DNA from: Nitrospinales bacterium | GTDB taxonomy: Bacteria > Nitrospinota > Nitrospinia > Nitrospinales > VA-1 | Length of the DNA stretch: 64,000 nucleotides | Direction of reading: 5' to 3' | NCBI GenBank assembly: GCA_965223345.1 | Contig: CBDCWG010000012.1 | Location: 3,040,001 to 3,104,000, forward strand | Shown: piece after piece, positions 52,024 to 62,799 of the stretch | Layout of the letters: each line of letters opens with the position of its first letter | How positions within the stretch are numbered: the stretch's first letter is position 1 | Made by a program: the position numbers and the translations under genes | The notes under the pieces: generated by a model | What the model saw: the letters and a program-made list of their open reading frames with translations, nothing else | Told to the model about the DNA's origin: nothing | Database searches by the model: none

Positions 52024-52455
52024 TCAGGAACAGGCCAGGTTGCCGGTGGCCCAGCGGGACCAGCGTTTCCGGTGCGCCCCCTCCCCTCCCCGCGCCCGGT
52101 AATCGTAATACTCGAACACGCCGATCTTGATCTTGGTGGCGTCGCTGGTTGTCTGCTTAAGGTCGATGACGCCGACGATGGTGCTGCTGGGACTGCCGCC
52201 GAATTTCTGCGGCAGGTACACGTCGAGATGACCGTTTTTGCCGTCGGGGGAAAACCGGCCGACGGGAACCCCGGCGTTGCAGAGGCGAAACCCCTGCTGG
52301 ATGTTCTGATAGACCGTCTCCACGCTTCCCACCAGGATCAAATCCTGCCAGACCAGATCCGATTGCTTCATGGGGACGAGCTGCCCGGAACAGCCCAAAC
52401 CGACCAATAATGGAATCATGAGTAGCCTTCTCATTTTTTGCCTGTACTGACTCAT
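52024..52455 (-). CDS. Putative lipoprotein (paralog of 5709-6161)
   Basis: GLGC lipobox-like; SDLVW and RKRW..WA.G...CS motifs. Confidence 0.75.
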   Translation of the reverse strand: MSQYRQKMRRLLMIPLLVGLGCSGQLVPMKQSDLVWQDLILVGSVETVYQNIQQGFRLCNAGVPVGRFSPDGKNGHLDVYLPQKFGGSPSSTIVGVIDLKQTTSDATKIKIGVFEYYDYRARGGEGAHRKRWSRWATGNLACS

Positions 52456-52499
52456 TAATTTTCATTCCACTCTAACCCCGCCACAATCAGCGCAAAGGG

Positions 52500-52527
52500 G
52501 ATGAATCACAAATTGTTGTGATTCATC
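52500..52527. promoter_or_regulatory. Perfect palindrome GATGAATCACA-N6-TGTGATTCATC
   Basis: 11-bp arms in a divergent intergenic region. Confidence 0.55.
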
Positions 52528-52721
52528 TCTCCCGGCGAAATACCGGTGCGCGATCAACGGCTGTAGATTCAAAGCTGAAAGCGTTCTCGGGTTGATCTCA
52601 TCGGCGCTTAATGGGAGTATGAGGGCAAATCCGGAATCATTTCCAAATTTCATTCGTCTGGTGGGTATTGCGGGAGTCCGCGCTGTTAATCGGGAAAGTC
52701 GGTCAATGGGGGAATTGCATC

Positions 52722-53168
52722 ATGAAAAAGCTGGGGTCGGTTGCTGTCTTTGGGGTCGCGTTCGTATTCATTTTGGGGTTTTGGGCTGCAAGCATCGCAA
52801 GTGAGGATTTGATGGAAAATGCCGATGCGAAAGGAACCGTGAAAATCGTCAAGCCCGCCAGTGGCGCACAGATATCCAGTCCGGTTGAAGTCTGTATGGA
52901 AACGACGGGCGTCGTGGTCGAGTCGGCAAGAATGGGAGTGAATGAAGGCAAGGGACATCACCACATTCTGGTGGACGTCGATCTGCCTGAAGACTTGAGC
53001 GAACCCATGCCCAAAAATGAGAATCACATCCATATGGGAGGCGGAACCAAATGCAAGAGCATCAACCTCTCACCGGGCGAACACACGCTGATGAGCGTGT
53101 TCGCCTACGGCAACCACATCTCGTACGATCCGCCCATCACCGACACCATCATCGTGACCGTTGAATAG
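52722..53168 (+). CDS. DUF4399 family exported protein
   Basis: GHHHILVD, HIHMGGG, LSPGEHTL. Confidence 0.85.
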   Translation: MKKLGSVAVFGVAFVFILGFWAASIASEDLMENADAKGTVKIVKPASGAQISSPVEVCMETTGVVVESARMGVNEGKGHHHILVDVDLPEDLSEPMPKNENHIHMGGGTKCKSINLSPGEHTLMSVFAYGNHISYDPPITDTIIVTVE

Positions 53169-53740
53169 GGACCGGGACACTGCCCAAAGGGATGAGGCCG
53201 ATTCCCAAGAAGCTCTGTGGGTTTCAATTCCTAATTGTGAGAAGAACGAAAGAAGCGGTAAAGAACCACTCACTTCAAAAGACCGGATAAGACAGAAGTC
53301 CGGGCGAGGAATGCAAGATGGAACTTTTTACAAACTGGTGGAATTACATTCTCTATATCGGCCTACCGGTCACTCTGGTGGTCCTGATCTTTTATCAGCA
53401 CACAATGTGACTGCCGTTGGGACGCCATAAGGGGTGCGTTTAAACCCCGTGCTATTCTGAACGTAATGACTTCCAGAAACTCTTGAATTTTCCCACCTTG
53501 GCATATTCTAGCCCCGTCTTTTTCTCTCACACCAAATCTCAGTAGTTATAAGCCTTTATATCTCAATAAAATGCCACTATAATTATACTTACTGTATATT
53601 TCCATATTTATCATTCAATACAGAGGCAGGAAAAGAACGGTCCCAGCATTGTGCAAAGTTGGCGTTTTTTTGCAGTAACCATTGCCCGATTGTTTTTACG
53701 GCAGACGTCCAAACTAAAAAACAAGATCCAAGAGCACACG

Positions 53741-55324
53741 ATGGAAAAACTGAGCTTAAATGCGTTGCTACAGACAATCAATGAGAACCCCAGCATCAAT
53801 GGCTTGATTCAATCCTCGCCCATTTGCCACAAAATTTTTGATCCCGATTTTAAATTGCGGTTCATGAGCAACAGTGGTGTGTGCGCTCTTAAGATCGAAA
53901 ATGTTGAGGATTTTTATGGATGCGTTTTCCCTCCGGATTCCGCCCCCGAAGAGACCCGCAATATCATTTACGAGCACATGCATCGCGCCAAGAAGGGAGA
54001 GACGAGCACAGCGGAGTATCATTTTGTTGTGGATGGCAAAGCGATCTGGTTCAGGACGACATTCAGTCCGTTTTTTTGTCCTGAGGGTCAGCTCATGTAT
54101 CTCAGAGCGGACTCTATGGATATCACCAATATGAAATTGGCAGAGAGAGACCTATTAGCCGCTAAGGAAGAAGCCGAAAAGGCCAATGCGGCCAAGTCGG
54201 AATTTCTGTCCAGAATGAGTCATGAATTGCGAACTCCCATGAACGCAATTCTTGGTTTTGGTCAACTCATGGAAGTGGATACCGAGGACCCTCTAAGCAG
54301 TACGCATGAGGAACGCCTCCAAGAAATCATGAAAGGTGGCAAGCACCTTCTGGAACTCATCAATGAAGTGCTTGATCTTTCCCGTATTGAAGCGGGGCAT
54401 CTTACCCTCTCTATCGAAAACATTGATTTGTTGCTTGTGGTGGAGGAAACGCTCACACTCGTTTTGCCCTTGGCAGAAAAAAATAACATCACCATAGAGA
54501 ATAAAGTTCAAGAAAATATATACGTTCGCGCCGATCGCACCAAGCTCAAGCAGGTGGTGCTGAATCTGCTTTCCAATGCCGTCAAGTACAACCGTGATAA
54601 CGGTTCGGTCGTCCTGAACTCTCAAATCCTTCCTGAAGGTAAGATCCACATTTCTGTCAAAGACACTGGCGCTGGTCTTTCCCCGCAACAGCAGGAAAGC
54701 ATTTTTGAACCTTTCAACCGGCTCGACGCCGATCAAACTAAAATTGAAGGGACAGGAATCGGGCTCACGATCACCCGGCGATTGATGGAACATATGGATG
54801 GTAGTATCGAGGTAGAAAGTAGGGAGGGAGAAGGCAGTACTTTCACCTTGCAACTTCCAGAAGGAAAGGAAGTGGATCTGAAGGCAATTCCAGATGATTT
54901 GGGTGCACCGCCCATGGAACCAGGATCAAATGGGAGCAAATACACGCTTCTTTATGTGGAGGACAATCCTGCCAATCTAGCTCTAATACAGCAAATCCTG
55001 AAAAAAAGAGAGGACATCCGTCTTCTCACAGCTCCTCAGGCGCAAATCGGGATCGACCTCGCTCGCGCCCACATACCGGATCTCATTCTGATGGATATCA
55101 ATATGCCCGAAATGGACGGAATTGAAGCGTTTCGACGACTGCGCGCATCTGAAGAAACCAGAAGCATACCCGTCATCGCAGTGAGTGCAAACGCTATGGA
55201 ATCGGATGTCAATAAAGCACTCAAAGCGGGATTCAAATCCTATATTAAAAAGCCTTTTGATCTAAAACTGTTCACACAGGAGATCAATCAGCATTTATTC
55301 AAAGACGAAGTAGCAACGCAGTAG
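53741..55324 (+). CDS. Hybrid sensor histidine kinase (PAS-HisKA-HATPase-REC)
   Basis: [40 protein letters not shown]. Confidence 0.95.
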   Translation: MEKLSLNALLQTINENPSINGLIQSSPICHKIFDPDFKLRFMSNSGVCALKIENVEDFYGCVFPPDSAPEETRNIIYEHMHRAKKGETSTAEYHFVVDGKAIWFRTTFSPFFCPEGQLMYLRADSMDITNMKLAERDLLAAKEEAEKANAAKSEFLSRMSHELRTPMNAILGFGQLMEVDTEDPLSSTHEERLQEIMKGGKHLLELINEVLDLSRIEAGHLTLSIENIDLLLVVEETLTLVLPLAEKNNITIENKVQENIYVRADRTKLKQVVLNLLSNAVKYNRDNGSVVLNSQILPEGKIHISVKDTGAGLSPQQQESIFEPFNRLDADQTKIEGTGIGLTITRRLMEHMDGSIEVESREGEGSTFTLQLPEGKEVDLKAIPDDLGAPPMEPGSNGSKYTLLYVEDNPANLALIQQILKKREDIRLLTAPQAQIGIDLARAHIPDLILMDINMPEMDGIEAFRRLRASEETRSIPVIAVSANAMESDVNKALKAGFKSYIKKPFDLKLFTQEINQHLFKDEVATQ

Positions 55325-55458
55325 AACTACTAAGAACCTGAAAGATAAAAACCTTCAATTTCTTGTGGTTGTTCTCCGACCTTTTGCCACACCTCAGAGA
55401 TTAAAACCCAGTCTAAAGGTCCACAAATCCAGCTTAAGCGGTTGATGGGCGGAAAAAC

Positions 55459-55878
55459 TTACAGCTGCTCGTCGGGGTTGATGGGCTTCTGGATGACGGG
55501 GACTTTGAATTTCAGCGTTTCGGGCACCGGCGCGGCTTTCTTGCCGTAAATCTGCTCGCCTTCCTTCTTGAACCCGATGTAGATCTTTTCGTCGCGCACG
55601 CGCACGGGATAGACCTTGATGCGCATCTCCGGGTTCTGCCAGCTGTCGCCGGTTTTCAGTTCGAATCGCCATTCGTGGTTCGGGCAGATCAGGATGCCCT
55701 CCTGAATGCGCCCTTCCCCCAGCGGTCCGCCCTTGTGCGGGCATTTGTTGGACACGGCGTGGTACTCGCCCTTGTAGTTGAACAGGGCGATCTCCTCCCC
55801 CCCGGCCAGAATGATGGCGGATTTGCCGGTCGGCAGGTCTTCGGTTTTCATCACTTTCACAAATCGGATCTTTGCCAT
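55459..55878 (-). CDS. Rieske [2Fe-2S] ferredoxin (NirD-like)
   Basis: CPH...CPNH; WRFELKTG. Confidence 0.9.
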   Translation of the reverse strand: MAKIRFVKVMKTEDLPTGKSAIILAGGEEIALFNYKGEYHAVSNKCPHKGGPLGEGRIQEGILICPNHEWRFELKTGDSWQNPEMRIKVYPVRVRDEKIYIGFKKEGEQIYGKKAAPVPETLKFKVPVIQKPINPDEQL

Positions 55879-55986
55879 GTTCCTGTCCGCGTGGATGGAT
55901 GGGAAAATCGCATTATACCCGAAAATCGATCCCGGGTCGGCAATTCGAGTGATTTTCCAGCAAAAGGCTGGCAGGAAAAACGCGGC

Positions 55987-56457
55987 TCAGCGGCCGCCGT
56001 GTCTTCGGAGGACCGGAGTGAGGCTTTCGCGCCCCAGCTCGATGGAAAGGTAGACGGGGGTGATGGGTTCGCCCTGCTCGTTGGGGACGGCGGCGTTGAC
56101 ATCCGCGCCGTAGGAGATCAGCAGCTCGGCCACTTCCGTGAATCCGCCCTCCACGGCCAGATGCAACGGCGTGTAGCCGTGCGCATTGCGGACATCGACA
56201 TCCGCACCGCTGGTGAGCAGCAACTCGACGAGCAGTTTCTCGCCCTTGACGGCCGCCAGGTGCAACGGAGCCAGACCGTCGGAGTCGGTGGCCTCGACTT
56301 CCGCGCCGTTTTCCACCAGCAGCCGCGCCAGATCGGTGTTGCCGACCTGTATGGCCTGATGCAGAGGCGTCGCCGCCTGTAGCCAGGCAGGAAACAACAA
56401 CACCGCCGCAAGCGCCAGCCCTCCCGCACGCTTTATGGGATGGGGATTCTCAGTCAA
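55987..56457 (-). CDS. Exported ankyrin-repeat protein
   Basis: Signal peptide; TPLH/APLH..A and GADVN repeats. Confidence 0.9.
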   Translation of the reverse strand: MTENPHPIKRAGGLALAAVLLFPAWLQAATPLHQAIQVGNTDLARLLVENGAEVEATDSDGLAPLHLAAVKGEKLLVELLLTSGADVDVRNAHGYTPLHLAVEGGFTEVAELLISYGADVNAAVPNEQGEPITPVYLSIELGRESLTPVLRRHGGR

Positions 56458-56586
56458 TGTGGATGCCCTCCTCTTCCTATCAATTTATCGATCCCGCCCG
56501 GCCGTGTCAATCCGACCCAGGTCACATTTGCAGGCTGCGCTGCAAGCCCCCTTTTTGGAATCGTTTTCCGCCCCGCTTTCCGCGTT

Positions 56587-57345
56587 TTAGTTTTTAACGG
56601 TGCAGGTGAAGGTGTCGCGGCCGGTCCAGGTGATGCGGATGCGGGATGGCAGTTTCGTGGTCCGGTCGAGGGTCGCCGAGCGGATCTGATCGCCGGAAAC
56701 GTTTTTCGCCAGCCGCAGGTCGGCTCCGGACAGGCTGCACCCGCTCAGGTCCGCCTCGCTGAGATCCGCACCGTTCAGGTCCGCGCCGTTGAAGTTTGCG
56801 CCCCGCAGGTCGGTGCGGCGCAAGTCCGCGGCTTTGAGATCTGCGCGATGAAAATCGGCGCGCACGGCTTTCGCTCCGGTGAGATCGGCGGCTTTGAGGT
56901 CGGCCCGGGTGCAGTCGGCGCCGCTCAGGTTCGCGCCGGAAAGATTGGCTTCAAAGAGCCGGATTCCCTGCAAGTCGGCGCGGCTGCAATCCGCACCGGA
57001 AAGGTTGGCGCGGGTCAGGTCGGCATCGCCGAGCCGGGTGCCGACGACTTTGGCGCCGATGAGGTTCGCCCCCATCAGCCGCGCCCGGTTCAGTTTCGCT
57101 GCGGACAGGTTGGCGCCGATGAGCAGTACGCCGGCCAGCGTGGCGCCGCGCAGGTCGCTGTGGCTCAAATCGCCGCGGCTGAGATCGGGCTCGATGGGGA
57201 TGTGTTTTTCCAATGAGTCGCTGGGGTGTTTGCGGAACAAAACGCGACCTCTACAAAGAAAACCGGGATCGCAATCCGGGTCTCCTTCTCTGTCATTCGG
57301 TGCGCTCCGCCCATCCAACTCTGCAATATAGAGGGCGGCTGTCAC
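56587..57345 (-). CDS. Pentapeptide-repeat protein (true start probably near 57213)
   Basis: Long run of A(D/N)LxG pentapeptides. Confidence 0.85.
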   Translation of the reverse strand: MTAALYIAELDGRSAPNDREGDPDCDPGFLCRGRVLFRKHPSDSLEKHIPIEPDLSRGDLSHSDLRGATLAGVLLIGANLSAAKLNRARLMGANLIGAKVVGTRLGDADLTRANLSGADCSRADLQGIRLFEANLSGANLSGADCTRADLKAADLTGAKAVRADFHRADLKAADLRRTDLRGANFNGADLNGADLSEADLSGCSLSGADLRLAKNVSGDQIRSATLDRTTKLPSRIRITWTGRDTFTCTVKN

Positions 57346-57473
57346 GGGAGCGTCACATCTGGGTCACAAACCGGTAAAAGCCAACGCACATTGCGGGCAA
57401 AGCCAGGGATGCGCTTTCTGTTGCCCGAATGCATTGTGATGCAACCGTGACAATAACGCCATCGGCACGTGAC
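57339..57473. promoter_or_regulatory. Pho-box-like GTCAC repeats with 11-bp periodicity on both strands
   Basis: GTCAC at 57341, 57352, 57363; GTGA(C/T) at 57436, 57447, 57469. Confidence 0.5.
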
Positions 57474-57525
57474 AATCGGCCTGCATTGTGAAGGCACCGG
57501 GAGGAGCCTCGTCGAGAGCCGGTGC

Positions 57526-58362
57526 ATGAAGCTGTCCGAATGTTACAGACTGTTGAACGCCTCACCCGAAATGGAGTGGCACGAGGTCAAAAAATCCTAC
57601 CATTCCCTGGCGAAACGCTTTCACCCGGATATCCTGCCCGAAGGCCCCAATCGAGGCGACCGGTTTCGCAAGATCAATCAGGCGTACAAAATCCTCGAAG
57701 CGCTGTACCGCCGGGGCAGTCACAACAACGCCAACGATCCGGTGACCGCATCCCAGACACCGGAACCCCCTTCGCAGGGCGAGGCCGTGCCGACGGCGAA
57801 ACCCTGTGAGGCCGCCGAGGCGCGCCCGCTGAGACCGGACAGCCAACCCGCAGCGCAACCCGGCTGGATCGGCAGAGCACTCACGCGCCTGCGCGACGCC
57901 GCCTTTCGTTTTGAACGCAAATACCTGCTTTTGGATGTGAAACACCGCGTCACCCTGTCGCCGCGCCTGGCGGCGACGGGCTGTTCCGTCCGCATCCGCA
58001 AGGGACGGGAACGGTTTCAGGTGCGGATTCCGCGCGGTCCCTGGAACCGCTTGTTTCTGCGGGTTCCCGGAAAGGGCAATTTCAGCGTGCTGAGCTTCAA
58101 ACGCGGGGATCTCTTGCTGGAAATCCTGGTTGCGGACAACGGCGAGGTCGCGACGCGGGACTCGCGCTTTTTCTACAGCATCACGGTGCCGCGGCGCTAC
58201 GTGCGCTGGGGGAAAACCCTGACGCTGCAATCGGCCCGCGGCCCCATCCGCTTCACCCTTCCCAAAACCGCCGAAGACGGGCAGGAATTTGCCATCGAGA
58301 CCGTGCCGGATTCGGCGGAAGACCCGCCCGCCGAGCACATCGTGCGCGTGCAACTGGTTTGA
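57526..58362 (+). CDS. J-domain (DnaJ-like) protein
   Basis: VKKSYHSLAKRFHPD...INQAY; DnaJ_C-like LRVPGKG...GDL. Confidence 0.85.
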   Translation: MKLSECYRLLNASPEMEWHEVKKSYHSLAKRFHPDILPEGPNRGDRFRKINQAYKILEALYRRGSHNNANDPVTASQTPEPPSQGEAVPTAKPCEAAEARPLRPDSQPAAQPGWIGRALTRLRDAAFRFERKYLLLDVKHRVTLSPRLAATGCSVRIRKGRERFQVRIPRGPWNRLFLRVPGKGNFSVLSFKRGDLLLEILVADNGEVATRDSRFFYSITVPRRYVRWGKTLTLQSARGPIRFTLPKTAEDGQEFAIETVPDSAEDPPAEHIVRVQLV

Positions 58363-58498
58363 ATTTCCTCAGACATTAAAAAAGCCCTGCCGCAAGGCGA
58401 CAGGGCGAGGCTGGATCTTCGGGGTTTCTCCGGTTTGTCCCTGGAGAAACCCCTGAGCTGCAGGTCGATAGGGGTGCGGGGGCGGCGTTGTTGCGAAA

Positions 58499-58588
58499 TC
58501 AGAAAAGCAGGATCAGGCAGAACAGAACGTATCCCAGACCGACAAAATCATAAATGGCGGAGTAGTTTTTGGCTTTTTCGCTGGTCAT
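58499..58588 (-). CDS. Small 29-aa membrane protein (not in the ORF track)
   Basis: TAAGGAG-5nt-ATG; MTSEKAKNYSAIYDFVGLGYVLFCLILLF. Confidence 0.65.
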   Translation of the reverse strand: MTSEKAKNYSAIYDFVGLGYVLFCLILLF

Positions 58589-58748
58589 GACGTCTCCTTA
58601 AAGGAACCGGGTTGGCACTGCGCTATGAGTTCCAGAATACGGAATGCGGATGACGTCCCCATCAAGGTTGAGTCACAAAAGAGCAAACATTCGCGGCCGC
58701 TAACCCCCGTTTTTTCAACATAACGGATGCAAGCCCGACGGTTCGCGT

Positions 58749-59396
58749 TCAAAACCGGAAGCGCAGGCCGCCCTGGACGTTGTGGCTTTTGAATCCGGGA
58801 TTGAACTCGCTGCTGTTGATCGAGTTGTTGAATTCGGGATCGGCGGTGCCGAAATAATGGTAATCCAGAGTCAGGTCGAGAAATGTGGCCAGGGTCAGAG
58901 CTAATCCCGCGCCCACTTTGTAGGCGAAGACGGTGTCGTCGTCATCGACGTTGAAGATTCCGGCGCGGTTGAGGTTGTTCGATGAAATTTCAGCGACTCC
59001 CAGCCCGCCGCCGATGTAGGGCGTGAGTATGGTGCTGTTGTCGAAATCCAGATACAGGTTCCCCATGTAGCTCATGACGGTGATGTCGCCGCCGATGTCC
59101 AGGTCCACGCCGGTGAACTCGAGATCATCGGGATCGTACTTGCGGTAGGCGACCTCCCCTTCCAGACGGAAATAACCCAGTTTGTACCCCACCGATCCGC
59201 CGACGCTGTAGCCCGCGACGTAGGTGCTGTCGATGTCGTTGCCGCCTCCGATGTCATCGTCCTCGATCTTGAAGGTGGTGAACCCGCCCTGTACCGAGAA
59301 GTACAGACCGTTTTTGGATGCCGACTGCGTCTGCGCTTCAGCCAGCGGCGCCGTCCATACGAAGGCGCAGACCACCAGACCGATGAGGGTTTTCAT
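58749..59396 (-). CDS. Outer-membrane beta-barrel protein (OmpA/Opa-like)
   Basis: AAGGAG RBS, signal peptide, RLEGE, TPYIGGGLG, C-terminal GLRFRF. Confidence 0.9.
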   Translation of the reverse strand: MKTLIGLVVCAFVWTAPLAEAQTQSASKNGLYFSVQGGFTTFKIEDDDIGGGNDIDSTYVAGYSVGGSVGYKLGYFRLEGEVAYRKYDPDDLEFTGVDLDIGGDITVMSYMGNLYLDFDNSTILTPYIGGGLGVAEISSNNLNRAGIFNVDDDDTVFAYKVGAGLALTLATFLDLTLDYHYFGTADPEFNNSINSSEFNPGFKSHNVQGGLRFRF

Positions 59397-59695
59397 GGTG
59401 TCTCCTTTGCAATGTGGGTCGGTTGTGTTCGTTTTCCGGCTTAGCGTCGTCTCCGGTCCGGTCCGGGACTCCGGGGCCTGCTTGCAGGACAGGAATGCAG
59501 ATGGGCACGCTGCCACGGGTCCGTTGAGATGCGTTCCCCGAAGGGAACCCCTTCCCACCCATCTGCCGATAGTTATTCCCGATGCGCTCATTTTGAGCCA
59601 GAAAGGGAAAATCACAAACGATGCGCGTCACATTTCTTTGTGATCTGAATGACAGCGCCGCCGGTTGAAAACGGCAGTGCGCGGCGGACGATCCT

Positions 59696-59729
59696 AAAAA
59701 AAGCCGGACCCCCTCAAAGGGTCCGGCTT
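59696..59729 (-). terminator. Intrinsic terminator
   Basis: GCCGGACCC/GGGTCCGGC stem + T-tract on the minus strand. Confidence 0.8.
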
Positions 59730-59811
59730 CAAGCGATTAAGATAAAGCAGCGTCGCTCCTGCACAATTCGATTCAGGAGATCGACTTCTCTCACTCAGAA
59801 GAAACAGGCGC

Positions 59812-60540
59812 TTATTTGTAGATGGCGACGCTGATGGCTCCACCCAGTTCACCCAGGTTGCCGGGTTTTTTGCTGGCGTGGATTTTCCGTCCGGCGTCCC
59901 CACCGTGACAGTTCATGCAGCCCTGTTTGTAATACTCGGGCAGAATCAGGCGGTACGCCTTTTTGCCGCCGTGCTCGGCCATCTCGGAAAAGGTTTTGCC
60001 TTTTTCCCAGCCGCCTTTGAGGAATTTGCCCTCGATGACGCCCTTTTCCCAGGCGTCGGCTTTGTTGGATTCATTCACCAGGTACTCGTCCCGCGTGGTG
60101 AGCTTGAGATACATCTTCCCGCCGGAATCCTTGCTGAACCGGCTCGCCGCCTTGCGCGCGAAGATGGCGGGCAGAAAGCGGCCCTGGGGGTCCAGTTGGG
60201 TGTCCTTACCGGCCACGACATCCTCCACGGTCTGCTTGATGGCCGTGGTCAGCATTTTCTGCGCTTTTCCCTTGTCGCCGTCGGCGATCTTGAATTTGTT
60301 GCCGGTGGCTTTCTCGTAGTTCTGGTAGGTGATCTCCATGAACTTGTCGGCGCTGATGCCGGCCCCTTTGGGATCCTTGATCAGGGGCTTGTTCTGCACC
60401 AGGACGGCGCGGGACGATTTGAGCAATACGGTCAGTTCTTTGGCGATGTCCTCGTCGCTCGCGAAAGCGACGCCGGAAGCAAAAACAGAGACAAACAGAA
60501 AAGCGGTCAGGGTGGAAATGGAAAAGAAATTTTTAGTCAT
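59812..60540 (-). CDS. Exported DUF3365 (Tll0287-like) monoheme c-type protein
   Basis: Signal peptide; FLPAIFAR, ADAWE, CMNCH, GELGGAISV; GGAGG RBS. Confidence 0.85.
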   Translation of the reverse strand: MTKNFFSISTLTAFLFVSVFASGVAFASDEDIAKELTVLLKSSRAVLVQNKPLIKDPKGAGISADKFMEITYQNYEKATGNKFKIADGDKGKAQKMLTTAIKQTVEDVVAGKDTQLDPQGRFLPAIFARKAASRFSKDSGGKMYLKLTTRDEYLVNESNKADAWEKGVIEGKFLKGGWEKGKTFSEMAEHGGKKAYRLILPEYYKQGCMNCHGGDAGRKIHASKKPGNLGELGGAISVAIYK

Positions 60541-61243
60541 ACGATACCTCCCCTTTGAATAGGATTTAGGTACTCAGCACAGACGTTCCTCCCGGCCGTG
60601 CGTCCGGGCAAACCGTGTGTCGCGACTAAATTTCTTGTGGGATTGGTTGAGTTGGAATGTTCGGGTCCGGCTATGCACCTCCCCATCGGCGCCCGATCGG
60701 CGCATCGCATTTTTCTTTTGGCAGGATTGCGTGAGGTTAACCAGAAGATTTTTTTCTGTCAATGAATTTTTTAATTTTTTTGGTCCAAAGTGGGTCAAGG
60801 TTGCGCACAGGATGCAGACGGTCCTCGCCTGCGATGCGAAACGGAAAAACATTTTTTGCCAATTTGGGCATATCCATACATTCCCGCTTTCCGGGATCGC
60901 GCTGCTTTCCCGAAAACGCTCTGTGTGAGCATGCTCATTGCTAACAAGCGTTTGCCGGAAGTCTTGCCGCGATCATCTCCCACACGCGGCACGCTGCCCG
61001 GCGCACCGCGAGTTCTCATAATCTTCCGTCCGGGCGACACCTTGGCAACGGCAGTCGTTCTCTCGACAAATGCGCCTTTTCTTGCCGGTCTCGCAAGCCG
61101 GAATCCGGCTTTCCCCAAAGGGGTTGATATTCCGCCCCTAAGGGGAAAAGCACTCAAGTTTCGGTTCCGAAATCCGAAATATCATTGTAAATACTTGAAA
61201 ACTAAGGGATAATTAATAATCCAATAATTCAACGGTTCTGCTC

Positions 61244-62263
61244 ATGAACGCTCCGACAACCACACCGGAACCCCGGGCCATCCCCGCCGAATTCACGGAA
61301 CGGGTGTGCAACCTGCTGCTGGTATTCATCGACGGGGTGCAAAAGCAAGTTCCTGAAAACAGCGCCCTCAAAAACAAGCTGGACTCCCTGGGGCAGGTCG
61401 TCAAAAAAGCCATTCAGCTGAAGAAAACCTCCGACCTGGGCAAGGAAGTCCAGGAATTGTTCCGGGAAAAGAGCATCGAGAGCGGCTTCCAGGAGATGGA
61501 GCGCGCGGAAACCAAGCACATCATCCTGAGCATGGCGCAGGTCATCAAGGAAGTGGTCAGCGGCGTCGGCGATTACGGCAATAACCTGGAATCCTGCATC
61601 GAAAAGCTGGAAGCCACCGACAATCTGGACGAGATCCTCAAGATCAAGAATCAGATCATCAGCGAAACCAAAAAAACCGTCGCGCAAAGCAAAAACCTGC
61701 ACGAACAGCTGGAATCGAGCCGCAAAACCGCACAGGACCTGACAAAACAGCTGGAGCAGACCCAGTCGAAGGCGCTCATCGATCCTCTGACGAAAGTCCT
61801 GAACCGCGCCGCTTACAATATGAAAATAAAGTCGGTCATCCGTGAAAAAGCGGAACACGCGGAAAACGTGGCGTTTCTCATGGCGGACATCGATCACTTC
61901 AAGGAATTCAACGACCAGCACGGACACCAGGTGGGAGACCGGGTGCTGCGTTCGGTGGCCGGCACCATTCAGGAGTCGCTGCGCGACACCGATCTGGTCT
62001 TTCGCTACGGCGGCGAGGAGTTCGTCATTCTTCTTTTCAAAACCAATCCCGATCAGGCGGACGTGGCCGCAGACCGCATCCGCAGAAAGGTGAAAAAGGA
62101 CTTTCTGGTGGACAAGCAGGGCCGTCATCTGAAAGTGACGATCAGCCTGGGACTCACCGTCCTCAGGGAAGACGACACCGAGGAGTCCTTTTTCGAACGG
62201 GCGGACAAGGCCCTGTACAAAGCCAAAGAAGGCGGCCGGGACCGGGCGGAAACGATCGAATAG
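61244..62263 (+). CDS. Diguanylate cyclase
   Basis: DPLT, DIDHFKEFND, RDTD (I-site), GGEEF; coiled-coil N-terminus. Confidence 0.95.
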   Translation: MNAPTTTPEPRAIPAEFTERVCNLLLVFIDGVQKQVPENSALKNKLDSLGQVVKKAIQLKKTSDLGKEVQELFREKSIESGFQEMERAETKHIILSMAQVIKEVVSGVGDYGNNLESCIEKLEATDNLDEILKIKNQIISETKKTVAQSKNLHEQLESSRKTAQDLTKQLEQTQSKALIDPLTKVLNRAAYNMKIKSVIREKAEHAENVAFLMADIDHFKEFNDQHGHQVGDRVLRSVAGTIQESLRDTDLVFRYGGEEFVILLFKTNPDQADVAADRIRRKVKKDFLVDKQGRHLKVTISLGLTVLREDDTEESFFERADKALYKAKEGGRDRAETIE

Positions 62264-62437
62264 ATTTCCCGTGAGCGGACGCCCGTGGTGTGAAAGACGG
62301 TTTTTCAGTTTTTTCCCGGATTGCCAGCGCAGGCTCGCTGTGGAAATCCCTTATTTCGTTGACTGAAAACGCCTTATCCCTGAAACTGAAAGTCAGGGTG
62401 CTGCGTTGTTTTTAATTCCGGATCGTGAGGAAAAACG

Positions 62438-62743
62438 ATGGATACTTCCTTGAGTCTTCCTGTTGAAATGCTGGTGTTCATGGGGCTGGTGACCGTCTCA
62501 CTGGTCTTCAGGCGGCATCACCTGGGCCTGCTGGCCACGTATGCGTTTGTGTTTTACCTGGGTTTTCTGTTCAACGAGCATTACTTCATCCTGCCCAGCG
62601 GCGAAACCTCCTGGACCGCCTACCTCTATGGCGCCAGCGGCATCTGGGTGGCCGGTTTCGTGGTGCTGGGATTGATGAAAGAAAAACAGAAAGCCCCCCG
62701 GCGCACCCCCTGCGCACACGGCAACCCGACCTCAACGCTCTGA
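62438..62743 (+). CDS. Small membrane protein
   Basis: Three hydrophobic segments; GAGG RBS. Confidence 0.7.
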   Translation: MDTSLSLPVEMLVFMGLVTVSLVFRRHHLGLLATYAFVFYLGFLFNEHYFILPSGETSWTAYLYGASGIWVAGFVVLGLMKEKQKAPRRTPCAHGNPTSTL

Positions 62744-62799
62744 ACTCTTATCGATTCGAAAGCGATCCCCGTCCTCGACAATGCTGCGCGGCCTGCGGC

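Noticed and set aside
59397..59615. N-terminal extension of the OM barrel ORF
   Set aside because: Signal peptide and AAGGAG RBS place the start at 59396
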